From a bacterium (GTDB lineage Bacteria > UBA8248), in the NCBI GenBank assembly GCA_965207065.1, contig OZ242260.1:4412867-4476866 (forward strand): a DNA stretch of 64,000 nt, written 5' to 3'. The stretch's first letter is position 1. Every line of letters begins with the position of its first letter. The notes under the pieces are model-generated. The model was not told the origin of the DNA, ran no database searches, and saw nothing but the letters and a program-made list of their open reading frames with translations. Made by a program: the position numbers and the translations under genes. Below are positions 39,726 through 50,341 of this stretch, one piece after another.

Positions 39726-40112
39726 ATGACGCGAAACGACCCGAATCAGCCCGAAAAGAGCAAAAAACCGGTGGAAAAACCGGGCGACCCGCGAACGCCG
39801 CACTCGGTTCGCTTCACCGGTTCGGAATGGAAATTGATTAAACGGGCCGCCGAGCTACACGGCATCCCGGCCGGTGAACTCGTCCGCAACGGCGCGATGG
39901 CCGCTGTCGAGGAACTGCTCGACGAGCCTCCAGAGGCCACCCTGTCGCATGGTCATGCCGCCCTCATCGAGTCCGTCTACCGCATGGTCTACGTGATGGC
40001 GACCCTGGATCGGGAGCGATTGCTCGACGCCGGGCGCGGGAAAGAGCTCGAGGACCTCATCGCCGCTGCGCACAGAACGATGGCCGAGACGATGGACGAA
40101 GGCCCTGCGTGA
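39726..40112 (+). CDS. Small putative DNA-binding protein (possible relaxosome accessory, RHH-like)
   Basis: HSVRFTGSEWKLIKRAAELHGIPAGELVR; convergent with the relaxase. Confidence 0.55.
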   Translation: MTRNDPNQPEKSKKPVEKPGDPRTPHSVRFTGSEWKLIKRAAELHGIPAGELVRNGAMAAVEELLDEPPEATLSHGHAALIESVYRMVYVMATLDRERLLDAGRGKELEDLIAAAHRTMAETMDEGPA

Positions 40113-40203
40113 ACGCATGGGGCGGCGCGATGCGTGCGTAAGCCGGTTTATCGGCTGAGAATTTGTTGCAAGAACCCGCGAATCAGACCCGGTCGGACCG
40201 CGT

Positions 40204-43146
40204 TCATAGCCCCAGGTCCATCTCGATCCGCTTCCCGCGGCCGGGTTCGGGCGTCTTCGCGCGCGGCATTTCCCGTCCGGTTTTCATGCCCGGGGAAGAG
40301 GAATCGGCAATATCCCGCTCCGTATTTTCGCGCTCGAAAGGCGCCTTTGCGTCGATCCCGGGCTCCGGACGGACGGATTCCCCGATGCCCTCGAGTGCCG
40401 AGATGCGCTCGCCGGTGACGGTTTCGAGTCTCTCCTTCAGCGCCTTCGCGTCGTCGGTGACGAGTTCGGCCCTGTCCCGGGCGCGCGATATCTCGACGTA
40501 AAACGCTTTCGCCGTGGTCAGATGAGGGTGGTTCGCCTCCATCGCGGCGATGACGTTATCCACCGTTCGCCCCTGAAAGGCGTGCACGGTCGAGGCCCAG
40601 GCGCGGTCGAGATGGCGCAGTTGCGGGTCGCCGCGGGTCAGGACGAGCTTGCGGCCTTCCTCGAGGGTGAACGTCACCCGTCCGCTCCGGACGCCTGAAA
40701 CCTCCGCGGTGGCGCTGTTCACGAGTCCCAGTTCCTTGTCGTTCCGGGTCCAGCGCACCCGGTCGCCGGCGCGAAGCTCGATGGTTTCGGGGCGGTAGAC
40801 CTCGGTCCCGCCCCGCCTGCCGCCGATCCGGGCGGGCTTCCAGTCCACGACCGAGCCGCCAAGGGCTTCCAGCCGGACGGTTCCACCCTCGCGATCCACA
40901 CCCAGGACGCGCCTCTCCTCGCCCTTCTCGACCCCAATCCGCTTATAAGATCGGTGGAAGGCGACCACGTCGCCGGGCGCGTAGTTGGCCGCGAGCGCCT
41001 TCTCGGCGTTCGTGTAGCCCTTAGAAACCAGCCGCTTCGTCAGGAGCGCAGGGCCCGCGATGCGTCCCTCGCGCACCAGGCGTTCACGGATGTGGGCGTT
41101 GATCGCCTCGCGCAACTCGTGGCCGGGCGACATCACCCCGGTGCGCTCGCGCATGTCGGGAGAGAGTTTCAGCCACCTTGCCGCCACGGCGCCCGCGATG
41201 TTCTTGGGGTTTACCTCGGCGACGTTGTCTCCCAGTTTTTCAAAGGCGCGCCCGATCTCGCCCGCGAGAGCGGCCTCGACCGCGGCCTTGAGATCGGGAT
41301 CGCGCTGGCGGAGGATCTCGCCCATCACCGCGGTCTTCATGCCCGCGGCCTGGAGCTGGGCGAAGGGTTTGCCGGCGTCGACGGCTTCGAGTTGTTTGGC
41401 GTCCCCGACGAGTACGAGCTTCGGTATGCGCAGTTCGCCCGCGATTTTAAGCAGATCGCGGGCCTGGGCGGTGGACGCCAGCGAGCCTTCGTCGACCACG
41501 AGCACGGTCTTGGCGAAGGCGGCGCGCATCTTTCTAGCGGCCCCTTTCGTGAGCCGGCCTTCTGCGACGCCGGCGTTCCTCGCCAGGAACCGCTGCAGGG
41601 TCTCGCTCTTAATCCCCGATTCCGCCTCCAGCGTGCGTACAGCGGACGCCGATGGGGCGAGCCCCGCGACGCGCCAGCCCTTCTTCGCGGCAAGCGTCCT
41701 TGCGCGATCGAGCATCCGGGTCTTGCCAACACCGGCGTAGCCCTGCACGCCGACGGTCCGGTCCTTCTCGGAAAGAATGAGTTTCACCGCCCGTTTCTGC
41801 CCGGCCGTGAGCGGCCCCTTTCGCAGATACCGCTCCACCATCCAGCCGCGCATCGCCGCACCGCCCCGGCCAGCGCCTGCGCGCATGAGCGCTATGGTCT
41901 CGCGCTCGCGTGCCACAGCCACGTCGGTAGTGAGTCCGCCGCCTCCCTTGAGCGCCGGCGCATCGTGAACGCGTCCCTCGCGCTTGAGATCCTCGACGAC
42001 CCGCTCGACGGCCCCGATGGCCGCGGCGCCGGGTCCGTGGGCGAGCGCTGCGGCGAGAAGATCCGCCTTCGCGAACACCGCATCGCGCTCCGAGAGATGG
42101 GCGAGCGCCCACTCGACAGCCTCCTTCGCAGGGTCCGTCCGCGATGGATGATTGATGAGGTTCGCCTGCCGATCCGCCCCCGCTTCCCGTGCCCTCTCTT
42201 TCCCAGGGACGTGCAACGCCCGTTCGGTGGCCGAGGCGACTAGCGCTTTCGCGTCCAAGCCGAGTTCCGATGCCTGCTTCGCCCAGAGCCCGTGTAGCGC
42301 CTCCCTGTCGACGTCGCGCTTGTGCGCGCGGGTCATCAGGGCCGCCCGCCGGGCGAGGTGCTGGTTCTCCGCCGTGGCGCCGTGGCCCCGGCTCTCCATC
42401 GCCGCTTCGATCTCTGCGCGGCGCGAGGAGAACGCCTCGATGGTTTCGCGCGAGACGCCCCCGATCTCGAACCGCCCGTCGGCGTGGGTCTTCTCGATCC
42501 GGTACCCGAGCCTCATTAGATCACCGGCGAGTTCGCTCCGGTAGAGCGCGCCCAGCAGCATCTTGGAGGCGTAGAGGCGCTCGTTCGCCATCGTCCTCCA
42601 CTTGCCCTCCGCGCCGAGCAGCATGTTGGCTACAACCGAGTGGGTATGCAGCGCCGGGTCGAGGTTTCTCGACGTCTCGTGCCGGAACGTGGCGATCACC
42701 GCCTTCTGGCCGCCGGCCCGGACCATGCGTCCCGTCTCCGGTTCCTTCATCCTGGTCTCGGCGGCGTTTCGCTCGAACCAGTCGAGCGCCCGTCTGACGG
42801 CGCGATCGTGGGCGTCGACGATGCGCGCATCGCCGCCGATGAGCGCGACCAGGGATACGGATTTAGGTGCGGAGAAGGTGAGGTCGCGCCCGGGCCGGTG
42901 GTGAATCCCTCCCTCCCGGGTCCAGCGCCCGAGGCGCCGCCCCGAGCCGTCGGGCACATGGCCCTCGAGCACCGCCCGGAACACGTCCGGATCGACCGCG
43001 CCCTTGAGCCCTAGGGCTTCGGCGCCCCTGCCGGCCCAGGCGCTCAGTATCCGGTGCTCGGCCGAGTCTTTAGCGTAGTAGCCGTCCCGCTCGTAGTAAT
43101 TAGCGCCCTGCGAGGGGCTCGCCACCGCGCCGATCGATGCGACCAT
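40204..43146 (-). CDS. MobF (TrwC-type) relaxase-helicase
   Basis: NYYERDGYY, DLTFSAPKSVS, HETSRNLDPALHTH; helicase motifs GYAGVGKT, VVDE, TVHAFQGRT. Confidence 0.93.
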   Translation of the reverse strand: MVASIGAVASPSQGANYYERDGYYAKDSAEHRILSAWAGRGAEALGLKGAVDPDVFRAVLEGHVPDGSGRRLGRWTREGGIHHRPGRDLTFSAPKSVSLVALIGGDARIVDAHDRAVRRALDWFERNAAETRMKEPETGRMVRAGGQKAVIATFRHETSRNLDPALHTHSVVANMLLGAEGKWRTMANERLYASKMLLGALYRSELAGDLMRLGYRIEKTHADGRFEIGGVSRETIEAFSSRRAEIEAAMESRGHGATAENQHLARRAALMTRAHKRDVDREALHGLWAKQASELGLDAKALVASATERALHVPGKERAREAGADRQANLINHPSRTDPAKEAVEWALAHLSERDAVFAKADLLAAALAHGPGAAAIGAVERVVEDLKREGRVHDAPALKGGGGLTTDVAVARERETIALMRAGAGRGGAAMRGWMVERYLRKGPLTAGQKRAVKLILSEKDRTVGVQGYAGVGKTRMLDRARTLAAKKGWRVAGLAPSASAVRTLEAESGIKSETLQRFLARNAGVAEGRLTKGAARKMRAAFAKTVLVVDEGSLASTAQARDLLKIAGELRIPKLVLVGDAKQLEAVDAGKPFAQLQAAGMKTAVMGEILRQRDPDLKAAVEAALAGEIGRAFEKLGDNVAEVNPKNIAGAVAARWLKLSPDMRERTGVMSPGHELREAINAHIRERLVREGRIAGPALLTKRLVSKGYTNAEKALAANYAPGDVVAFHRSYKRIGVEKGEERRVLGVDREGGTVRLEALGGSVVDWKPARIGGRRGGTEVYRPETIELRAGDRVRWTRNDKELGLVNSATAEVSGVRSGRVTFTLEEGRKLVLTRGDPQLRHLDRAWASTVHAFQGRTVDNVIAAMEANHPHLTTAKAFYVEISRARDRAELVTDDAKALKERLETVTGERISALEGIGESVRPEPGIDAKAPFERENTERDIADSSSPGMKTGREMPRAKTPEPGRGKRIEMDLGL

Positions 43147-43844
43147 CAGATCCAGCGGTCGTAGCCGTGCTCGCGAGGGGCCGGCGCGTCTTCGACGCCC
43201 GGGGCCGCCTTCCCGCGTTCCGCCTCGGCAGGACCGGGTTTTACGCGCCGAGGCGTATCTGCTCTCAACGGCATCGCCGCCGGTGTGCGAACGGGCGCCG
43301 TGGCCACGGGCGTCGGTGAATCTGAGCCCGGCCTAGTCCTGCGAGGCTCCTGCGGCGTGCGCCGATCGCCGCGTTCGGCCTCATAACACCAGATCAGCGC
43401 CAGGCACATCAGCGCGGCGGCGAAGCCGCACCAGGCGCCGAGCTCGGCGGACCGCTTCGCCGTGTGGAGGAGACGGTCACGCGCCAGCAGTGCCTCGCCG
43501 CTGAACGTGAGGTCGCTGCGGGCGATGGTCACTTCCTTGCCCTCCCTCGTCCGGTATTTGACCTGTGTCCTGGGGTCGAAGTGGAGTGCGAGCAGTGTTT
43601 CCGCCCAAAAGAGCTTGCCGCTCGCATGCCAGTCATGGCTCGTCGTGTCACGCGCAAGCCCCACGACGCAGGCCAGCGCTGACAAAAAAACGACGTAGAC
43701 GGCCGTCAGGAGTAAGGAGCGCAAACACGCGCCGGGATCCAGGACGGCCCTCCAGCCGGTGCGGCTTCTGTCTCGTGCCCGGTTTCCCAAAGAGGCGCTC
43801 TCCCTATCCTGCGTGTCGCGGGAGCGGTGGCGGGTATTTCCCAC
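43146..43844 (-). CDS. Two-TM protein coupled to the relaxase; possibly a coupling-protein N-terminus lacking the ATPase domain
   Basis: Two TM segments, Pro-rich tail, stop overlaps the relaxase start, no Walker motif. Confidence 0.45.
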   Translation of the reverse strand: MGNTRHRSRDTQDRESASLGNRARDRSRTGWRAVLDPGACLRSLLLTAVYVVFLSALACVVGLARDTTSHDWHASGKLFWAETLLALHFDPRTQVKYRTREGKEVTIARSDLTFSGEALLARDRLLHTAKRSAELGAWCGFAAALMCLALIWCYEAERGDRRTPQEPRRTRPGSDSPTPVATAPVRTPAAMPLRADTPRRVKPGPAEAERGKAAPGVEDAPAPREHGYDRWI

Positions 43845-44091
43845 GGGCGCTCCCGTCGGTCCTGGGTATCGAATATAATACGAAATTATTGGGATTTCAA
43901 CCAGATAGAAAACGGAATTTCGACGGTTTTACTACAGACACGCGCAGGCGTGCGATCAAGGCCCATGCTTCTTCCCCCGGAACCGGATACCGGGGGGGCG
44001 GGAACGCCTGATGCGCCGTCGCCTCCCGGCGAAAACAGCTTTATTTACTTTCTTGGTGGGGTTTCCCGTTGAATCCATCGTCAGGCTTTCC

Positions 44092-44119
44092 CGCTTCATC
44101 CCCGCGCGGGCGGGAACAT
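44092..44119. CRISPR. Solitary degenerate type I-E-like CRISPR repeat (no array)
   Basis: CGCTTCATCCCCGCGCGGGCGGGAACAT resembles the I-E consensus CGGTTCATCCCCGCnnGCGCGGGGAACAC. Confidence 0.4.
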
Positions 44120-44364
44120 GAATCAGTAAATACCTGAAATCGAATTCATCGATTCAAGAGGATCGGCTTCGAAACCATGGATCAAATGGTGCGATGATAT
44201 GCTCCCTGGACATGAGGGATGCGAAAACCCGCCTGGAGGTTTTTGGTGCTCTTGCGACAGGTAAGCACGAACAAGAAAAGGCATACGCGGTAGGGGAGAG
44301 GGAAGCGAGAGGCGGAGAACTTCCTGTACTTGTTACTCGAGCGTTTGACAATTGTCCACATAAG

Positions 44365-44426
44365 AAAAGGGACCTGCCTCTCTCCCGATTTCAGTCGATC
44401 CTGGGGAGAGAGGCAGGTCCCTTTTT
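44365..44426. terminator. Bidirectional terminator-like hairpin
   Basis: AAAAGGGACCTGCCTCTCTCCC...GGGAGAGAGGCAGGTCCCTTTT, a perfect 22-bp stem. Confidence 0.7.
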
Positions 44427-44636
44427 CTCATATATCAAGCACTTACGAATCGCGTATAAGAAGAACAGGGGCTGCCCGTTGCTCCCGTTCCCGGTCCGAG
44501 GACTCAAACTCATGACGAGGAACGGTACGTTTTGCTCTATCACGAGGGAAGCAACCAACGGGCAACCCCCTTTTCGCTCTCCTTTTACCGCCTCAGGCCC
44601 CGGGGCTGACCCCGGGGTCTAAGGCGTTTTGCTCTG

Positions 44637-46376
44637 CTACCTGTGCGCCGCGAATGACCCGATGAAGGCGGCGTCTCTCACCGGCGCGCTCTGCTGGGTA
44701 GCGTAAAAGGTTCCCGCAACCGAACCGGGCGCCTGGGGCGAATACGTCGTCGTTATCGTACTTGTCGTCACCGGTGGATCTGACGCATCCGTTGTCCTTA
44801 CCGTTGTTTGGGACCTTGTATACCTCGTCATTCCAAAAAACTGGCCTTTCCATGCGCCGCCGAAGGACTTGCCGTCAACCACGCCGATGGTCGAACCATC
44901 ATTGAATTTGTCATTTCCACCGATATCATTTTCAAGGCTCTGTTCCTGCAACTCGATGCTGCCATCCATTCGTTGTCCGCCGGCGACGATGTTGGTGACC
45001 GCGCCCACGATGCTGCCTGTGCCTTCAGTCGTGCCGCCTGTCGGATTCTGGAACTCGGCGGTGAGCGTAACGTCCGCCGTGAAATAGCTCGTATCGCTTC
45101 CCGCTAGGTAGGCGCCGTTCGCATTCCCGTTGTAGGTGGCCTTGAAATCTTGGCCGTCTTTCACGAAATCGCTGATAGATTCGAATCCATCAGTAGTCTC
45201 GCATACTCTGGTGGTTGTGGTTGTTCCAGATGTTGTAGATACACCTGGACTGGCAGTACCCTCATTACTACCACAGAAGTTCGAAGCGGCGCTGGCGGTG
45301 GGTTGGCCCCCGTAGGCGAATGCCGTAATTCTGGAAGTACTCAAATTATCGGGGACTACCGTAAGCCAGATACCTGCGAGCAGATAGTCGGTGTCGAGGT
45401 TATAGTCATACCGCTCGTCGTAAGGCGTAGTACCATCATCATCCTCGACATCATTTCTTGCCCTTCTCTCTTGACTGATGTCCGTATAGGCGTTGACGAA
45501 GGTGGTGGCGGTGGCGCCGTTGTTCAGGTCGAATCCATGGGGGAGACGGCCCGTTCCGGTGAGGGAGGGCGTCGTGCTGTCCGATACGAGGGTGGTGGCG
45601 CTACCCGTGGGACCCACCCGTACCGTCCGCTGTCCGGTAGTCGCTGTTGTGCTTGTCCTGGTATTCGCAGGGTATTCGGCGCACGGCGCAGTGCAAGCAG
45701 GACGATCACCGGAACTGATATCGCCGTGGTCTCCAGCCCCAGCTACGACTAGGCTACCGGCTTCCAGGGAGTCCCTGACGGCGTCAGCAAGGAGCTTGTT
45801 GTCCCTCAAATGCTTGATGAGCCCTGAATTGTTCGTCAGGGCGCGCTCATCCACTTCGCGTTGCATGCGTCGGTTCGCGGCCGCTTGCACGGCGCCCTGA
45901 ATGCTGGATATTGCAGATGCGGATGTGTTGAGAGTGCCTTGAGCCGCTCTCGCGTTCCCAAGCGCCGTATTCGCCTCCGCCGGCGTAGTGGCCAGGGTTG
46001 CCGCCGTATTCGCGCTCACGATAAGCGCCAGGGCGCTTTGCGCCGTATTGCTATGGCTGATGGCGGCTGTGATTTGCTCGGACGTGGCGTCGGCATTGGT
46101 TTGTATCGCGGCCGCGACCGAGCTCGCCGCCCCCGCTCGTGCCTGAGCATTCGTAAGGATATTTGAAAGTTCCCGTCTCGCTTCGGTTATCCTATCAGCA
46201 TCGGTCTGGGGCGGATCCTCGCATTGCCCGTTCACCTCGATTTGAGGCGCCGTGCACATCACCACATCCATTTCGTCGTCCGCAGCAGTACCGCCGCCGC
46301 CACCGCAACCGGAGGCAAATGCCGCAATGCACACGACAAGTACCGCCAATCCTGAATATCTGAGCATTTTCATCAC
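44637..46376 (-). CDS. Surface lipoprotein with C-terminal TbpB-like beta-barrel
   Basis: Lipobox ASG-C followed by GGGGG, Ala-rich stalk, C-terminal ATYNGNANGAY...YFTADVTLTAEF...GAWKGQFFG...GTFYA...GSFAA. Confidence 0.75.
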   Translation of the reverse strand: MMKMLRYSGLAVLVVCIAAFASGCGGGGGTAADDEMDVVMCTAPQIEVNGQCEDPPQTDADRITEARRELSNILTNAQARAGAASSVAAAIQTNADATSEQITAAISHSNTAQSALALIVSANTAATLATTPAEANTALGNARAAQGTLNTSASAISSIQGAVQAAANRRMQREVDERALTNNSGLIKHLRDNKLLADAVRDSLEAGSLVVAGAGDHGDISSGDRPACTAPCAEYPANTRTSTTATTGQRTVRVGPTGSATTLVSDSTTPSLTGTGRLPHGFDLNNGATATTFVNAYTDISQERRARNDVEDDDGTTPYDERYDYNLDTDYLLAGIWLTVVPDNLSTSRITAFAYGGQPTASAASNFCGSNEGTASPGVSTTSGTTTTTRVCETTDGFESISDFVKDGQDFKATYNGNANGAYLAGSDTSYFTADVTLTAEFQNPTGGTTEGTGSIVGAVTNIVAGGQRMDGSIELQEQSLENDIGGNDKFNDGSTIGVVDGKSFGGAWKGQFFGMTRYTRSQTTVRTTDASDPPVTTSTITTTYSPQAPGSVAGTFYATQQSAPVRDAAFIGSFAAHR

Positions 46377-46510
46377 TTGCCCCCTGAGGGTTACGTCCCC
46401 TTCCGGGAAAGAAGAGGGCGGGCGATTGAAACCAGGTCCAATGAATCGTTTGCTTTGAGAACCCCCGGCCCCGGGCTCAGAGAGCCCGAGGCCGAAAGTG
46501 TTGTGCGCTG

Positions 46511-48334
46511 TTACTCAGCCTTCCATGTGCCGAAGGAACCGAGGATTCTGATCGGGTCACCGGAATGCCCCGGCGCTTCCGCGGTGAAAGTACCTGCCGC
46601 GGTCGTGGGGTACTGGGTTTCAGCCGCCTTGCCGGTCGCGCCGCTGGGGCCATAGAACTGGCCGCCCCACTCGCCTGACATCGTCCGGCCCACCAAGGTG
46701 CCCGAAACGTCGCCGGTGAAAGGACCAGTGAAGGTGGCACCAGTAGCGTTCTGGTCAATACCACCATTAGCAGCATCGGAATTCGTATCGATTATTGGCG
46801 CCCTCTTTAGCGTCAGCGAGCCGTCGACGTCCATGCCGCCGGCCCTGATGCCGGTGACGGTGCCGGTGACGGCACCCAAGAGGAGCTCGTCATTGTCGGT
46901 AGCAGCAGAAGCTGATAGCGGAGTGGAATCAGCGCCTACGGATCCGCCGAAGTTGGCCGTCAGGCTGACGTCCGCGTCGAAGTATTCGACCATGCCGCCC
47001 GCCGAATACAGGCCGTTCGCGACGCCGTTATACGTCGCGTTGCCCGTGAGGACGGCCTTGACATCGAACTGGTCACTGCCGTAAGCGAATGCGCCTGCCT
47101 GGGCGTCTCTATTGGTAGCTGTCGGGCCGGAACTTCTGGTGGAACCTTGCATCCAGAAACCCCAGGCCAGATAGTCGCCGTCCTGCCTGGTGATTCCGGT
47201 GCTCTCATGGAATGCGTAGCCCGTCTGCGCTACGATCTTTCCACTCGCGTCAACACTGATTGAACAAGGAGTGGTAGTGGGATCAGTACATCGAAATTGT
47301 CCTTCAACCGGAGGGTCATTGTCTGTGGGATCCGAGTTGAACGTTGCCGCGAAATTGCTTCCGTCCCCTGCGACCTCCCCCCCTACGATTACACTTGTTC
47401 CAACGCTGATAGTATTATCGGTAGATGCTGCTGCAGCATAGTTTTGGGTCGCCGCCTGAATGTCCGTGCTGATTACTAGATGACTTCTCAGCATATCAGT
47501 GGCGGTGTCACCCGGCAACACCAGACCCTGGGCTTCCCAGTCTCCTTTGGTCTGGAAACGTGAAGGAGTTTCACCCTCCAGCAATCGAGTTGGAGAACCA
47601 GAAGCACCAATGCCAACTGCAAATGTTGAGCCGTCCTTTTTATGCTCGACTACTGCCGTGTCCGTTATTGCAGCTACCACAAGCGCAGTAGCAGTCGAAT
47701 TGCTCATTCCGCTCTGGCCAGTCAAGCCAGCAGCAGCAGTAGCTTCAACACCAGCGGCAGCCGCCATTGCGTTTCCCACGTTCTGCGCATTTGAGACAGA
47801 CTTGGGCGGATCCTTGCCTTCCAACTCGGCATTTCTGATGTCTTGAGTGTTGAGTTCCTTGTTCGCCAGCCCTGTGATTCCCAGGCTGCGTTCGCCGGCC
47901 GCTTCCATCGCCTTGTCGCGGGCCGTCTCGGCCGCCGTCCGGTATTCCATGGCCATTGCGGAAGTCGTGGCCATCGCCGCCGAGTCGGAAGCTGTCTTGG
48001 CCATCGCCGCGTACGAGTACGCGTTCGAGGCCGCCACGGGGTCCTTCGCGCCGCCTACGGCCGCCATCGCCGCCGAAGCCGCCTGCATGGCCGCGCTCTG
48101 CGCGCCGCTCAGGGCCATCTCTTCGGCCAAGTCTGCGGCGGATGTGCACGAACCGTCCGCGTTATACCGGCCGCCGTCATCCTCGCACATTTCCTGCTGG
48201 GTCGGCATGGCGGACGTCTCTTCTTCAACGGCGGCCGTTCCGCCGCCGCCGCCGCAACCGGCCAGCGTCAGTGCGAACACCGCCGTCAGGGCATAAGCGT
48301 AAAGCTTGCTTATCGATTTCTCTTTGAACATCAT
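46511..48334 (-). CDS. Surface lipoprotein with C-terminal TbpB-like beta-barrel (paralog)
   Basis: Lipobox LAG-C followed by GGGGG, Ala-rich stalk, YLAWGFW, ATYNGVANGLY...YFDADVSLTANF...GEWGGQFYG...GSFG. Confidence 0.78.
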   Translation of the reverse strand: MMFKEKSISKLYAYALTAVFALTLAGCGGGGGTAAVEEETSAMPTQQEMCEDDGGRYNADGSCTSAADLAEEMALSGAQSAAMQAASAAMAAVGGAKDPVAASNAYSYAAMAKTASDSAAMATTSAMAMEYRTAAETARDKAMEAAGERSLGITGLANKELNTQDIRNAELEGKDPPKSVSNAQNVGNAMAAAAGVEATAAAGLTGQSGMSNSTATALVVAAITDTAVVEHKKDGSTFAVGIGASGSPTRLLEGETPSRFQTKGDWEAQGLVLPGDTATDMLRSHLVISTDIQAATQNYAAAASTDNTISVGTSVIVGGEVAGDGSNFAATFNSDPTDNDPPVEGQFRCTDPTTTPCSISVDASGKIVAQTGYAFHESTGITRQDGDYLAWGFWMQGSTRSSGPTATNRDAQAGAFAYGSDQFDVKAVLTGNATYNGVANGLYSAGGMVEYFDADVSLTANFGGSVGADSTPLSASAATDNDELLLGAVTGTVTGIRAGGMDVDGSLTLKRAPIIDTNSDAANGGIDQNATGATFTGPFTGDVSGTLVGRTMSGEWGGQFYGPSGATGKAAETQYPTTAAGTFTAEAPGHSGDPIRILGSFGTWKAE

Positions 48335-48950
48335 TTAGTGAGTCCTCCTGAGTACATAGAAAAAGAGATTTTCTGCGAATTTCCGGCTTTCTCTAAACCT
48401 CTAACATCCTCCTCTCCGTTGAATTCCATTATCTCTAACTCTGGGTTGTCTTCCTGAATTAATTACCGGAGGACGGTTACTACCGGGTTCGCCTTCCAGA
48501 ATGTAATGGTACACGATTCGTGATTCTAAAAAAGTTGGTCAGCCGATTAAGCTTCCTGTTACGTTGAACCCGTCTCCTCTTCCGGGCGACGACCACTCCG
48601 TTCGAGAACCCTTCCAACGGGTCGATGCAACCTCAATACAGACATTCGGGGTCGGCTGCAACGTTATCCCCGAGGAGCCAATTCCCGATGTAGTACCCGC
48701 CTGTTCCAAACCTCATTAGCTGAGTATATCGTTCCCGGCGAGCAACCCCGCGTCAATCGCGCCTCCTGGATTCTATTGCTACACCGATATTGCTACAGCT
48801 TTTTCCGTTTTGTCAAGGTGATTTTCTCGCTAAATTCGGCCCTGGGTGAGAAGACCGCAATCGGCGGGCGGGCGAAACATAAAATCATCACCTTATTCAC
48901 TATCGTTTATATAAATATGAAGTAAACTCCGGTCAATTGTCAAGTGATTC
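48335..48950 (-). promoter_or_regulatory. Long leader of the lipoprotein pair: twin promoters plus structured unit
   Basis: Homologous to 18741-19445; 48786-48830 matches 18867-18910 with one mismatch and one indel; 48329-48390 is identical to 63861-63922. Confidence 0.7.
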
Positions 48951-49409
48951 CCTTTGCCCGGCGGGCTATTGCCGAATCCTGCGTGCCGACCCTGTCTCAT
49001 CAAACGTTTGCCCCTTGTCTTCTTCCGGCCTGCCATCGTTCCTGTGTCATTCGCTCCAGGGTAGCTCGGGCGACCGGGGATACCCTCGGGTTTCTCCCCG
49101 CCCCGGAACGCAATCCCCCGGGCCCGCAGGCGTATGCCCGATGAGCGGAGCGCCGGAATAGCGGCGATTCGAGCGTTCCGAACGGCATTTTTCCCGCGAG
49201 TTGCGTCGCCGCGCATACGGGGTGATGACGGAAAAACCCTCGGGGAGGCGAGCCGGCGATGGTGGGCCGGACCGGCCCGGACGCGTGGGTCCCGAAGCGC
49301 CGAACCACAAAACCGGGAAGTTCCGCCAGCCCCGTTGACGGCATGATGATGAAGGCCGTTTTCCGGATCGAGTCCTCGACTCATCCACGGGCTCGGAGTT
49401 TCTTTCTTA

Positions 49410-49620
49410 TCGGCGGGCGGGGTGAGAATGTCGTACTCCGGACCCGTAGCGCGGCCGAGCTTCCGGTCAAGCGTAATCAGCGGACAACCCGGCGCCACGT
49501 ACCAGGCGTCGCAGCAGGCCAGGTTACTCCGCAATGCCCATATCCGTTCGGCAAACGGCATGAAAGGAAACAACTCCAGGTGCATTCGCAGCAGAATGAT
49601 TTCGTCCGGGGAGAGCAACT
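49410..49620 (-). pseudogene. VapC/PIN toxin remnant
   Basis: PFAERIWALRSNL..CDAWYVA..PLITLDRKL; internally deleted, no intact start. Confidence 0.6.
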
Positions 49621-50341
49621 CCCGCTACGAGTTCCGTCATATCAGGCGCATGGGGGGTTGCGTCGTTGCGATATCGGCGTCGAGTCGAAGCGTATTATAT
49701 ATAGAGGAGGCGAACCCGACCGCGCCAGGGTCTTCCCTGGAGTCTGGTTGAAATTCATGAATCTTGCAGATTTTCAGGAAGACGGGCAAGGAATTTCATC
49801 ACGGATATGGGTATGATGCGCATCTTATTCGCCATGGCGCCGGGCAATGGCCGGATATGCGTATTCTCCTGACGACTCTCTCGCCGGTAAGGAACACAAT
49901 ACCGGGACTCCGATTGCGCAAGCAGCGCAGTCGGGAAATGAACGGAATGCCCGTTCAATATCCTTGCCGTTTCTCCCGCTCGGTGAATATCGATTCTTCT
50001 ATGGGGAATGGGAACCATTACCACCAGGCGGGGGGAGAAGCCGAACGTATCCAACCGGAGCGTCGCAACTCATGGCCGGGGAAACGCCTTCATCCCGAAA
50101 AAAGCCGCCCGCGACTTCATGTCAGGCCAACCCGATGCATCGGCCGATACGGTGCGGAAGAAGCGGTGCGAGACCCGCAGCGTGGCGGAGGGAGAAACAT
50201 TACCTCGGATCAGGTTCGCTCAAAACGGGATTCGACAAGTTGCGCCGAAAGAGTTGCGCAGACACGCATTCCTGCTAGAATCGCTCATTCCCCCGAGAAA
50301 TACCCCGCCCTGGATGACCCGTAAAAGAGACGGGAGAATCG

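Larger units (their letters stand above)
19480..43930. mobile_element. Integrative mobilisable element (tandem tyrosine integrases ... MobF relaxase); boundaries approximate
   Basis: Integrases at the left, relaxase/SSB/HU/TA modules inside, AT-rich patches at ~19490-19550 and ~43870-43920, no host REPs inside. Confidence 0.65.
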
